Assembly (NCBI GenBank): GCA_040954595.2
Contig: CM082578.2
Span: 848,731-912,730, forward strand
DNA: 64,000 nt
Direction of reading: 5' to 3'
Source of the DNA: Balanoglossus misakiensis
Lineage: Eukaryota; Animalia; Hemichordata
The translations under genes and the position numbers were made by a program. Below are positions 36,571 to 50,262 of this stretch, piece by piece. Positions within the stretch are counted from its first letter, which is position 1; every line of letters starts with the position of its first letter. Below the pieces are notes generated by a model. The model was not told the DNA's origin and did no database searches. It saw nothing but the letters and a program-made list of their open reading frames with translations.

Positions 36571-38064
36571 AACCTCTGACGTTCCTGTCTTCTAAGAATT
36601 GTTGAACTTTAATTCATGCAGTTTGTTGTTACGGCCGGTCGTCCTCCGGACGTTTACCTCATCGGCTTCTGCGGGGAATCAGCCACGTCCGAAAGCTGAC
36701 GGCGTACATTCTCTCCATCTCCTTCTCCACCCAACATATTCATAAAGTCCGAGAGAGGTACCCGGCAGATCATAAACCTTTCGTAGACAGAGACTTGCAA
36801 GAAGTTTTCCGAGTAACACAACGTTCTGGTTTATTACTGGTCACACGTAAGAATTACACGACTCGATCCATGCTCGTTGACTCCCATCACGGATCTCCGG
36901 TGATAAACGTGTGATCTCAAATTTCACCACACGTTATTAATACGTTAGTCAAGTATTAAGTCATAAAAGGAACACGTCATCTTGATATTTCTTAAACATG
37001 AACTTAGCGCGTGATATCTCTATCTCGTTCTGACATGTATCAATTACACAATCTTGTTTACTCTGGGTCAAGTACCAATGTCAATACTGGACTAAAACCA
37101 TATAAGTGAATGACTTTTTACGTAATCATAAACAAGATCTATGATCGTTAAAACTCAATCGTGACACTTCCCACTTTTCCAATAATCGAACTTCCACGTT
37201 CGATCAAAGAAAGAATGAAAACGAAAACCAGGTCTGCGCTATCGGTTTTAAAAACACTACGTCAAAATCAAACTCAATAATCCCCTTTAAAATATCACAG
37301 CCTGTTCAAACAAATTAAAGAAAATCGCATAAAACGTTTTCAATGTCAAAATTCAAAACGACTTCACTGTTCTGACTTCTCGTCAAAGAGTGTCTCTTTT
37401 CCAGTGCAAAATTCAACAGTCAATAACCGCGTAAAAAAATTAAGTCTATAGTTCTTTCGTACAAACATTCTCTTCACTGCTGTACTAACGGAGCAGGCAC
37501 ATTCCAAAGATGCTCTCGAACACAATAACGGTTCCGGATAATACCGCCAAGTACGGAGCATTTCAGAGTGGATCATAATGCAATACAAGCTCGTAATAAA
37601 CAGTAAAAATGAATACACTTCATCATACTGTCACGTTCAAAAATAACCACGAAACGAATTCTTATGTGAAAGGATGCGTAAGACTACAATAAAATCAAGC
37701 TTAACTTCAACTACACTCTGGGACTTCTCTCTTGTCCCTCGTTTGAACTCACATGTCAACTCAAAGGGCCATTTTCATACGCCAGACCGTCTCCCTTGCG
37801 GTCATTAAAACATCACGACTTCATCACCAGACCGTCTCTCTTGCGGTCATCACAAAAACTTCAACAACTCCTCAAAAACCTATTAAACTTCACTACACTT
37901 CACGGCATCACTTCAACAAAAGAATACACATTTACAATGTCGAAAACAATGCAAAAACTTGGTGGAAAACAATATCAAATCAAAAGCGGTTAATAACGGT
38001 CAGTCAACTCACGTCTACTAACTCTTCTTATGTGAAAGGATGCGTAAGACTACAATAAAACTCA

Positions 38065-41000
38065 AAGAACCACTCTTCAATGTAAGTCATCATACCCTTC
38101 CACCCTGTGATTTTGATGAACACTTCCCCCCCCCAGCTTTATAATTCATTTTGTGTTTCCCATCTAAATGTCAGATCATTACACAGAAACGTTGATGCCT
38201 TAAAATTACTATATGAAGATATTATAAAGTCCAAATTCGCTATCATTGGAATCTCTGAAGTATGGGACCCAAATAACTTAAGTATTTATAATATGCAAGA
38301 TTACACATTGGAAGTGAAGTCTCGTGAAGTAGGAAGGGGCGGTGGGGTTGGGGCTTACATACATTCATCAGTAATCTACAAGCTGCTTCGAGCAAGTGTC
38401 AGTCACTCAGAATCACTCTGGATGGAGGTACAGGTTAAAAATACGAAGATAATTTATGGGAATAATCTACAGAAAACCTAATACTGATATAACAGAATTT
38501 CAAATTAGTCTCATGCAAGTTTTAAACGAGCTCAGATGTGACAAAAATAATTGTATTTTAATGGGCGATTTTAATATTGATACTAACATAAGACTGACCA
38601 ACCCCAATATAGATTCATATCTATCCTCCTTGGAATGTATAGGCTTAAGACAGCTGATATCTACCCCAACCAGAGTGACTAGTTCATCTGAAATTTAATT
38701 GACCACATCTACACAAATATTAATCAACGTCCTATTCATGCTGGCACTATAATCACTGATATCTCAGACCATTTCCCTGTGTATACTCTTTTAGAAAATA
38801 TTCCTCTAAAATTGCCACAAAAAGAGAAAATTATTTTCAGAAATTTCAAAAACTATAGTCCCTCCCAATTTTACGAAGATCTTGAAAACACAACCTGGGA
38901 TTCTGTGTACCATTGCTCTGATGCTAATGAGGCTTACAACAATTTTTATTCAGTCTTTAATGAAATTTGTGATAAACATGCACCTATTTCTACCAAATCC
39001 TATAGTACCAAAAAAATAAAAAAACCTTGGATCACCAAATCACTTAGAAAATCTATTAACACCAAACATAGGCTATATAACAAATTATATAAATCAAAAT
39101 TTAATAATGCTGTTGCTGTTGATAATTATAAAAAAAATATCGAAATATTTTATCGGCTTTACTCAGGAAAGCCAAACCGATGTACTATAGCAATATTTTT
39201 ATACAAAATGAAAATAACACTACTGCAATATGGAAAATAATTAGAGAGATACTTGGAAGCCAAGGTAATGCCAGTCAATCTCTGCCAGATAATCTGTGTG
39301 TTAAGTCTAATGGTAAGGTACGAACCGTAAATAAGAAAACTGACATTGTCAATGAGCTAAATAACTACTTTGTTGGTATTGGTCCAGACCTTGCTAGTAA
39401 AATAAAGTCTAACAATTGCAACTTTAATAATTATCTCAAGGCACCCATCTCAAACTCAATCTTTCTTGCCCCAACAACTCAGTTTGAAAAATTATTTGTA
39501 GCCTAGATCCTTATAAAGCTTGTGGCCAAGATCAAATTCCTGCTAGACTTCTTATAGATGGAGCTGCTGTAATATCTAAACCATTAGAATACATATTCAA
39601 CCTCTCCTTTCATTCAGGAATATTTCCGAAAGCCCTAAAATCAGCAAAAGTTATACCAAGTTTCAAGAAAGGAACCACTGATGATCCAGAAAATTACAGA
39701 CCAATATCAATTTTACCTCTTATAAGCAAAGTCTTAGAAAAAATAGTCAACTCCCGTCTTACCAACTTTGTAGAACAATTTGATATTCTATATGAACATC
39801 AGTATGCCTTTCGACAAAAATATAGTACCAAACTCTCTCTGATCAATCTTGTCAATTATCTCATTAAGCAACTTAATGCTGGCAGAATTACACTTGGCAT
39901 TTTCCTTGACTTTTCAAAAGCCTTTGATACCATTGATCATACAATATTACTATCTAAACTCTCTCACTATGGTATACGTGGACGTCCTCTACAATGGTTT
40001 ACAGATTATTTAAAAGATAGATGTCAACATGTTTGTGCTGATCAGATGGCCATATCTCATCTAGCCATAATATTACATGTGGAGTTCCACAGGGATCTGT
40101 CCTTGGACCTACTCTATTTTTATTATTTATTAATGATATAGCCCTTTCAACATCCTTCTTCAACTTTCGGCTGTTTGCTGATGATACAAATCTGTTCCAT
40201 ACCTTCCCTGCAAACAAAAGTGATATCAATCTGAACCATGTTGACAGCCAGTTACAGCTGGTGCTAGATTGGTGCAATGCCAACAAACTCACTATAAATC
40301 ACCTAAAAACAAATTACAGTATTTTCAGAAACCAAAGACGAAACTTTTCCCATGTTGGTTCTCTCCACATAAATAATATGGTCATAAATGAGGTAGAAGC
40401 TGCATCATTTGTTGGCATTCTCATTGACAGGCATCTTACCTGGTCAAAACATATCCAGATGCTAAACACAATCATCAGAAAGAAAGTTGGCATTCTCTTT
40501 AAACTCAGACATTTTGTACCTACCCATAATACTTACCTTACTCTACAAATCACTTATCCAACCACATATAACATACGGCCTCGAAGTATGGGGGTCAACA
40601 TATCCTTCATATCTCAACCGTATTAAGTTATTACAAAAAATGGCAGTAAGAGCAATAACCTTCAGTGATTTCACAGCTCATTCAACTCCTTTATTCCATA
40701 AATTGAAAATCCTTGATATTTTCAAATTACATAAGCTCCAGGTATGCTTCTTCAGGTATGATCTTGTAAACAATAATCTTCCACAAAGGCTGACAACCTA
40801 CTGTCAATTACCTCTCCATGATTACAGTACACGCCACAAAAACCAAGGTAATCTCCATATTCCAAGTGTAAATACAACAATGGGCAAATTTGCAATATCT
40901 TATAATGGCCCTCTCTTATGGAATTCATTACCAGAACAAATAAAAAACAAAAAATCCCAACAAACTTTCCGGTACTCGCTCAAACAGATGTATTTAGAAA

Positions 41001-41337
41001 ATTAACTATAAATATATATATATTTATATATAGTAGTTCAATTTATACATTCAATGTATTTATTTCATTCAAGTTTAGCTACTGTCTATGTACATAATTG
41101 CCTTTACAGTGTACATGCCTAATATTGCTTCTCTCTAAGAAATACACTGCCCTCAAAATGAAATGTAACTAATTTTTATACCGCAATGTACAGAGGAATG
41201 GGAACAGACTTGACTAGCACCTGCTATTTTCTGTTCCCAATTACCCTTTCATTCAACCTGTCTCACTCGTGAGTTATGTAAATACTTTTAAACTTTTCAA
41301 CAAGGGTAATAAATTGAATTGAAATTGAATTGCATTG
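38065..41337 (+). mobile_element. 5'-truncated CR1/L2-group LINE ORF2 (APE + RT), frameshifted, copy A
   Basis: HLNVRSL, GISEVW, GDFN, SDHFP, NYRPISILP, DFSKAFDTIDH, GVPQGSVLGP, FADD; (AATTG)n tail; possible TSD AACTCA. Confidence 0.92.
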
Positions 41338-42798
41338 AACTCACGTCATCAGAGTAGACAAAGACAATACGATCACGCAATATTTCAATGATCAAATCTC
41401 CCAAACTATAGATTAAAAAGGCTGATTATTCAGTTGAATGTCATTCTATCTCAGTTCTTTTGCGATAGCAGACGATTCAAGAGTCTTCCCTTCTTCATTC
41501 CACGAGACCTCTTTTCTTCGTCGCCAGAACTGCTTCAACTACATGCTTCTGGATACGACGCCCCTCTGATCAAACAACAGATCCATCCTGAAATAGTGCT
41601 TCAAATCTTGATATTTTTCTTTAATTTGACTTCAACCGTCACCATTCTCCAAGACTGTAAAAGAAGGGAGATGATGATGAACTACTATTATTTTTTTTTG
41701 CCCCTTGTACTGTCTTTACAACTGGTCGTATAAATCTGATATTTGTTTGGCATGCGAATTTTGGAATATGGATGTGTATGATCACAATTATAAGATCCTC
41801 AAAATAAAAGATCCCATCATTTCATTTGGTTAATTACCAGTTCATAGGTGAATGAAAATATTGTTACTCACTTTGAGACCTGACATGTATATATAATAAT
41901 TCAAAGTATTTATTCGCATATTTTTATATTATTCATGGTGTTATAGATCAATGGAAATTTTTCAAATTAAATTCATGTATATAAAATGTAGCAATGTAAT
42001 GTCATATGTGAAACCCTTAATCTTGATATTGTAATTCATTGTAGAATATGATTATATTGTGTTATTTACTCAACTTGTGCATGTATGTTTAAGATTCATG
42101 CAAAATTACTTTTTTATACAAACTGTTCCTTTTTGTGTTGTTCGGAGGTGACAACTCATCAACAATGAAATAAGTTTGGGAAATTTTTGAACAAAGTCAT
42201 GAAGTGGAAGTACTATAAATAAGTTTAATATCTGATTTTGTTGTCCTGCCAGAAGTCAACATTTTTAGCTTACACAAATACTGGTGCAACTACAGAACAG
42301 TTGAAGAATTTCATCATTATATTTATGTTTTAATTACAAGTATATCAATTGTACCTTTTCCTTATATTAAAAGCATATTTTTATTATAATATTTAATTGA
42401 GTTCTTTGTCTACTTTTTTAAACTGACAATTTGTCAGTCATTACCATAACCCTGGAGTGTATTTCACTGTGTCCAGAGATTCTTCTGTAGTTGTTATAAT
42501 AAGACATCAAACCAGGTCCAATAATCAATATTACTCAAGCTAAGCTAATTACCAGGTCCAGGGTCAGAAAAGAAATAAGTGAAAAACTTACAATTTCAAC
42601 AGGATCTTCTTGAACCACTGCTAAGTGGTAGTACTCGCACAGGGGGCTGCAAACATGAAAGTTATAAATGGCGGAGTTCCTGCATTTTCCCCCAATAAAC
42701 ATTAATTATAATATGCTTGGTGTTGGAGCCAGGGTTTATATTCTCAACAAGATGACCTGGCCCAACTTGGCCCTGAACGGAGAATAGCTAATAAACTT

Positions 42799-42855
42799 TG
42801 CATTTGATTGGCTGTGGGATGGTGGACTGCATTTGATTGGCTGTGGGATGGTGGA
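42799..42855 (+). promoter_or_regulatory. Duplicated inverted-CCAAT module upstream of the Crypton ORF
   Basis: TGCATTTGATTGGCTGTGGGATGGTGGA occurs twice, 30 bp apart, just before the ATG at 42857. Confidence 0.55.
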
Positions 42856-42856
42856 A

Positions 42857-44523
42857 ATGTCGTCTGCTGCAATCAGCTCGTGCAAATTTTGGAAATATCA
42901 AGAAGAGCTCAAAATGCAGCCAGCCGCCATGTCTGAAAGGCTAGATTCTGACTTTGATTTGAATTTTAACCTCGAACAACTTGACGAAATATCTGACGAA
43001 GAACTCCTACAAGCGGCGACGATACTCGAGAATCTACCGGGACCGTGCATTCCTCCAGCAGTAAATCATGCCTACCCGCAGACGCCGAGATTCCCCGAGT
43101 TGTCACACGAAAAGGTGGAACAGTCAGCGGCGAAAAAAAATGAGGCAAATACAAATGCATCGACCAAGTGGGGAGTTAAGTTACTGAAAAGTAAGTATTC
43201 AATAAAAAAAAATAGTAGTCGTATATTTTATCGTTCACGCCGAAATGGGCGCCGCCATTTTCATTGTTTGTAAACAATCGCGTTAGTCGTTTCACCTGTT
43301 GACCTTAAAATCACGCAGTTGTTGTTGTATTTACCGTCTCTATTTTAACCGTTGCAGCCTGGTGTATGGAGCGATCGATTTCCCCAGATTTTGAAATGCT
43401 GCCAGTAGAAGACCTGGCAAACTTACTGAGGCAGTTTTATGCCGAGGTGAGAACAAGAGAAGGAAACGAGTATAGCATCCGGAGCTATTCTGGGATCAGA
43501 GCTGCGATACACTGACATATCACCAACGTCCCATTCAACCGAGCTATCAATGTCTTGAGGGATCGGGAATTTCTGGTGGCCAACAATGTATTTGTCGGGA
43601 AAATAAAGAGCCTAAAGCGAGATGGAAAGGACACCATCAATCACAAAACACCAATAAGCGAGGGCGATATCCAGAAGATGTTTGCTAGCGGTACGCTATC
43701 CGACTCTGATCCACTGTCATTATTACGTATGGTATGGTTTTATGTAGAATTTTTCTTTTGTCGAAGGGGGCGGGAGGGTCTGCGAGATTTACATAAGGGG
43801 AGTTTCATTCTTAAGGTTGACGACCAAAGGAGGGAATACATTACATTGGCCTACTTGGAAGCCACTAAAAACCACCCCGGGGATTTGAAAGATAATTTTG
43901 AAAGTGAGAAGCGGATGTATAAAACGGATTCTCCCCTCTGCCCAGTTACGGCCATTTTGAAATATATCGGTAAACTCCATCCCAACTGTAATGCGTTTTT
44001 CCAGCGTCCCATTCCCAATTTCTCCGGCAGTGAAAACACGTGGTATGTAAACAGCCCCCTTGGGCACAATTCACTAGGGGAAATGATGAAGAAAATATCA
44101 AAAGCGGCAGAGTTGAGTGTAATATACACAAACCACTGTGTGCGAGCAACAACCATTAAGTCGCTGAACGACGCTGGGGTCCCAACGAGAATAATCATGA
44201 ATCTCAGCGGTCATCGCAACGAAGGAAGCATTCGTAGTTATTGTCGTGACAGTTCGAATGAACAGAAACGACAGTGTAGTGACATTTTAATGTCATCGAT
44301 TCACGATAAACATACCGGTAACATAACAGCTGATGGGACCCCAGCTCCGTCTGCTACGTCTTTGGCGGTTGCTTGCTCACCACAACGGTGTAAGAGAAAT
44401 ATACCCACATGCCAAACTCTCCCCTCAAATTCCATAACACCATCCAATATGTTCAATAACTGCAACTTCCAGGGCAATGTATATGTTTATACAAGTACCT
44501 ATAATTCCTCCAAGCATAATTAA
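42857..44523 (+). pseudogene. Crypton DUF3504-type tyrosine recombinase (KCTD1/KIAA1958/ZMYM-related), two exons, one premature stop
   Basis: Exons ~42857(or 42913)-43190 and 43358-44523; RRGRE, YTNHCVRAT, SGHRN...SY (R-HxxR-H-Y); in-frame TGA at 43513-43515. Confidence 0.88.
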
Positions 44524-44928
44524 AGATGTACATTTCTAATGTTGATTGATCGGAAACGTAATACTCCCGTGGTGTTTCTGCTGACTACTTCGCAGACATG
44601 ATGTAAACATATTCTTGCGCATTTTTTTAATAGTTCCACTTTATTAATGTATTTAAGACTAAGAGTAACATTATTTAGGTGTTTTTTAATTCCCATTGAG
44701 CGTTTTTAAAATAAATGTTTTCAAAGTTTATGAAATATAGAAATGGGTCAGTGTACTTCATTGTTTGAGACGAGTGCTAGTGTGCGCGAGATCGGAATGA
44801 CATGCGTTGAAGGTGTGATGAGGCCCCTGAACCGGCATGACAATCCCCGTACATGATGGCTGTCCAACTTCGGAACCGGGCGAGATTTTCATTTTATCGA
44901 CTTATATCAAACGAAATCATATTATAAT

Positions 44929-45114
44929 GAGGTTATAAACGGTGCGCTCGGGTATTTGGTTGCGGATATAAGACCTCTCAGGTGAAAATTAGCATATTTG
45001 GGTGAAATAATCACCTCGCTGCGCTCGGTGATTATTTCCCGCCAAATATGCTAATTTTCACCTGAGAGGTCTTATATCCGCAACCAAATACCCTCGCTAG
45101 CCGTTTATAACCTC
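44929..45114. repeat. ~186-nt terminal hairpin of the Crypton
   Basis: GAGGTTATAAACGG...AATAATCACC-TCGCTGCGCTC-GGTGATTATT...CCGTTTATAACCTC. Confidence 0.92.
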
Positions 45115-48100
45115 TAATTGATGAACAGTCTTTGTGCTTGTTTATTTTTCTGTGTTACCTCCACCTGTCTTAGCAGTTGCTAATCCAGAATACAAGCTAT
45201 TGCATTTCCCATTAAGCACCTGCTAACGACTTAATCTGTGTGCCCCATCCACGGATTTAGTGGATTAAGTAAACATCGGTCAGTTCTCACTTGGTAAGAG
45301 AATACCCAGTAGTCGCTGACCGATGTTTACTTTGTTAACTTAATCCGTGGATGGGGCACACAGATTAAGTCGTTAGCAGGTGATTAATGGGAAATGGATA
45401 GCTTTTATTCTGGATTAGCAAATGATAAGACAGGTTGGGAAAACGCAGAATGGAACGTACTTCGCCATTTATAACTTTCATGTTTGCAGCCCCCTGTGGT
45501 ACTAGGTGTCGGAAATGGGTAAGCACACCCTTCCAGCATGCTGCACCCGTCAAGACTGACCCAAAGAGACAGATTTAAGTTGAATTTGACTTAACTAACA
45601 AATTACTGTTGCAAGTCAAATCCATATTTTGACTTTATCTCTGACTGAGCGCAGCGAGTCTGAGAGACACTCCACGTCTTCCTCTTCACAAGCAGCCCAC
45701 TTTGTTTACATAAGTTTCAGTAGCATCTATAGTGGTTCTAAAGTTGGTTGCTCGAGACAATATTTCGGGCAAATTGGACAGCTGCCGAAGTTTGGTATTT
45801 GGAATGATTGTCAGGTCACCTGTTATTATATGAACGTGAGGTTCACAAGTGTAAATCCAATATTTAACATTACTTAAAGGGACAAATTACTCAAATTCTC
45901 CTTTGAGCTTATTTGATCAATTGTGTTTGATATGAAATGTGCCTATTATGCTGTTTGACTTCTTTAAACATGCTTAAATACTGGCCAATAAATAACTCCA
46001 CTATGTTTGAAATTAAACCAGATAGTACAATAATACATTCCAAATGTCATATGTGATAACATCATGCTTTGGACTTTTTTACTTTATATATTACATAACA
46101 TGTTACGGAGGGGGAGAGAGGTGAGAGAAGGAATGTGAGAAAGGAGAGAAGAAAAGCAAGAGGGCGGAAATGAGAATGTCAGGATGGAAAGGGAATGAGG
46201 GGAGGACTTTGACAGAAGGGGAGGGGAGAGACCGAATAAGTGAAGGTGAGAGAGGAAGTGGTTAGACAGGAAGAAAGGGAAATTAAAGCTCAACCACCAC
46301 CACCACCACCACAATCATCATCATCACCATCATTGCCATCATCATTCTGGAGGCATCGTGGCCTGTATTGGCCCATGGGCATCATGGGCCAAAAAAAACT
46401 GATTCAGTTAAATGTGCATAAACCACACTTTTGTACGAACTCCTGTAACCGGTGACGCAAGTCGTGAGTGAATTTGTGGGCGTGTCGCGACCTTTTCTGT
46501 GTACGTGATGCAGAGTGATATATTGATGACCCCCAGCCACCCCAACACCCTTTGATAACACACTTCTTAAACTTTTTTTACATAGAATGGACTTCTCAAA
46601 CCTTCCTTACCAAAGTTCTGATTAAAGACATCTATCTTCTAGGGTACTACCAACAGCGTTTCACGTGACTGTAGACAAGCAGCAAGTACCTGTACACAGA
46701 CAAGGGCGTGCGCGCGTCCACAATAATTAACGAATGTTTTTACCGCCGTGTGTTTTATGCACATAAACACTGAATCAGCTTTAATATTGGCCCATGATGC
46801 CCCGTGAGTTGTCAGGGTACCAAACTGACAATGCTCGAGAAAAAATGAAGTGTTGACATGCATGTTGTTAAGGGGTATCACAATGCATGTTACAGACGCT
46901 GGTTTCTCTTAGCAATAGAGTAGAGGCGTAAGGATGGGTTGATCTTGTGATTAAGAATTTTGGCAAAGAAACATAAATTGTGCCATTTAGTTTTGTATTA
47001 AACCCTATTCGCGTATTTTATGTTAAAGCACGAAATACTGCAATAATGAGATACGGTAGTATTTAACACATATCATATACGATATAATATAGCTTTATCA
47101 ATACCAGTGAATTTTGTGACGTCATTTCTGTACATTTTTTTTTCTTTTATTTAAAACGCACAATGTTACATCAACAAATCAAAAGAAGAAACGAACTGAA
47201 AACTCACATCATAGCTTCAAAATTTATTACACTTTCTGGATGGTTGCATGATTCCTAAGGCTTGTATACCTTGAACCTCAATGTCACGCGGGAGGATTGG
47301 TGTTAATGTAACGGGGAATTAAACTCTATCGATGGGGATAACTCGCTTGGCTAATACTGAGAGGTACCTATATGGAATCGTGCTGACGTCCAGATACATC
47401 GACACGAACACTGGGTATTTATGGTAGCAACTGAGAATATAAGAATTTAATGAAATAAACCTACTCGACCACTTGCGTTCTGAGGACAAGAAGGACACAA
47501 ATAGTCCGCCATCCAAAAGACCGTTCCAGCATTTTATTTTTACCCGTCAAAAGACGCGGAGATATATTTTTAGATGAAAGATCCATGCATACTCAGATTG
47601 CATAGTACTTGTCTTCCTTGTGTTCCTTAAAATAATGAATGTATTGTATTTTCTTTTCTTTTCATCAGGAATGCGATAACTTTCTTAACACTACAAAAGT
47701 TTCTTTACTCTTCAATCACTTCTGTCTCAACTTTTAAGTTTAACTTTTACTTCCAAATCTCAGGTCACAAACTTTATAGACTGCTAAACAATTTTCTTCC
47801 TAGTGTTGTATGCGCCACTTGTGAATTTTTGCGAGTGAGATTCACGGGCGTTTGAGCACAATTTATACAAAAGATGTTTGTCGCCTTTAGAAAAACGTTC
47901 GCGTAGAATCAATGACGTCATGGTAAATTTTAGCTGCATGTTCCAATAGGGATGATGGGGAGACTACTTGTTGTAGAGCACCTGAAAATGTACGTATTTC
48001 GTCACTTCCTTTTCGCGAAATTTAATTCTTAACGGCATCTTAGTTTTAAGATTTGTGATTTCTTTTTTCTTCAGTTGTAAATTTGCATCACGGGATACTT

Positions 48101-49410
48101 CTTTGTAGACTATCGAACCTTGGCATCTCAGACACAGTACTAACATGGTTTACATCTTACCTTCAATATAGATATCAAACTGTAATCATCGAAAACACTG
48201 CAAGTTCACAGTCACCTCTCGTATACGGGGTGCCACTGGCCCTCTCTTGTTCACCATTTATATAGCCCCACTTTATAGTAAGCTGATTCGTCCCCACATC
48301 CTACAATTTCATCAGTACGCCGATGATAACCAGCGATACCTCGCCTTTTCCCATCAAGATTCAACCTCTGACGTTCCTGTCTTCTAAGGATTGTTGAACT
48401 TTAATTCATGCAGTTTGTTGTTACGGCCGGTCGTCCTCCGGACGTTTACCTCATCGGCTTCTGTGGGGAATCAGCCACGTCCGAAGGCTGACGGCGTACA
48501 TTCTCTCCATCTCCTTCTCCACCCAACATATTCATAAAGTCCGAGAGAGGTACCCGGCAGATCGTAAACCTTTCGTAGACAGAGACTTGCAACAAGTTTT
48601 CCGAGTAACACAAAGTTCTGGTTTATTACTGGTCACACGTAAGAATTGCACGACTCGATCCATGCTCGTTGACTCCCATCACGGATCTCCGGTGATAAAC
48701 GTGTGATCTCAAATTTCACCACACCTTATTAATACGTTAGTCAAGTATTAAGTCATAAAAGGAACACGTCATCTTAATATATCTTAAACATGAACTTAGC
48801 ACGTGATATCTCTATCTCGTTCTGACATGTATCAATTACACAATCTTGTTTACTCTGGGTCAAGTACCTATGTCAATACTGGACTAAAACCATACAAGTG
48901 AATGACTTCTTACGTAATCATAGAAAAGATCTATGAGCGTTAAAACTCAGTCGTGACACTTTCCCACTTTTCCAATAATCGAACTTCCACGTTCGATCAA
49001 AGAAAGAATGAAAACGAAAACCAGGTCTGCGCTATCGGTTTTAAATACACTACGTCAAAATCAAACTCAATAATCACCTTTAAATAATATCACAGCCTGT
49101 TCAAACAAATTAAAGAAAATCGCATAAAACGTTTTCAATGTCAAAATTCAAAACGACTTCACTGTTCTGACTTCTCGTCAAAGAGTGTCTCTTTTCCAGT
49201 GAAAAATTCAACAGTCAATAACCGCGTAAAAAAATCAAGTCTGATAGTTCTTTCGTACAAACAGTCTCTTCACTGCTGTACTAACGGAGCAGGCACATTC
49301 CAAAGATGCTCTCGAACACAATAACGGTTCCGGATAATACCGCCAAGTACGGAGCATTTCAGAGTGGATCATAATGCAATACAAGCTCGTAATAAACAGT
49401 AAAAATGAAT

Positions 49411-49812
49411 TTAATGAATGTTAAAAGATCTTAATTTAATACCACTATCTGATCGCAGGAGAGAACAGCGGCTTCATCTTATGTACAAAATCGTAAATAA
49501 CCAAATCGCAACTCCAGCCGAAAGTCATATTAAATTCAACCCACGTACATCCAGGAATTCACACTCAAGACCCCTGTTCATACAAATGTGCAAAACAGAT
49601 ACTTACAAACACTCCTTCATTCCGCGAACCATTATTGACTGGAACCACTTACCTGATAACATTGTAACTAGCACAAACCTAGAGCAATTTAAAGCTGGTC
49701 TTTCAGGAATAACTAGTCATCACGACTAAATTCACCTTGCGCACCTGCAGGATTACTGCTCAATTTCTGAGTTACTCTGCAGTATTATACAGATACAGAT
49801 ACAGATACAGAT
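49411..49812 (+). mobile_element. 3' fragment of a second LINE family (CR1-like) with (ATACAG)n tail, copy B only
   Basis: LSDRRREQRLHLMYKIVN...YKHSFIPRTIIDWNHLP; empty site GAATACACTT at 37611-37620 in copy A. Confidence 0.88.
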
Positions 49813-50262
49813 ACACTTCATCATACTGTCAGGTTCAAAAATAACCACGAAACGAATTCTTATGTGAAAGAATGCGTAAGACTACAATAAAATCACGCTC
49901 AACTTCAACTACACTCTGGAACTTCTCTCTTGTCCCTCGTATGAACTCACATGCCAACTCAAAGGGCCATTTTCATACGCCAGACCGTCTCCCTAGCGGT
50001 CATTAAAACATCACGACTTCATCACCAGACCGTCTCTCTTGCGGTCATCACGAAAACTTCAACAACTCCTCAAAAACCTATTAAACGTCACTACACTTCA
50101 CGGCATCACTTCAACAAAAGAATACACATTTACAATGTCGAAAACAACGCAAAAACTTGGTGGAAAACAATATCAAATCAAAAGCGGTTAATAACGGTCA
50201 GTCAACTCACGTCTACTAACTCTTCTTATGTGAAAGGATGCGTAAGACTACAATAAAACTCA

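Larger units (their letters stand above)
31553..41586 (+). repeat. Tandem segmental duplication, copy A
   Basis: Colinear and highly similar to 41587-53456 throughout. Confidence 0.92.
42708..45119 (+). mobile_element. Crypton (tyrosine recombinase) DNA transposon, ~2.4 kb
   Basis: Absent from copy A (empty site TAATT at 33306-33310); TAATT direct repeats at 42703-42707 and 45115-45119; 3' terminal hairpin. Confidence 0.9.
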
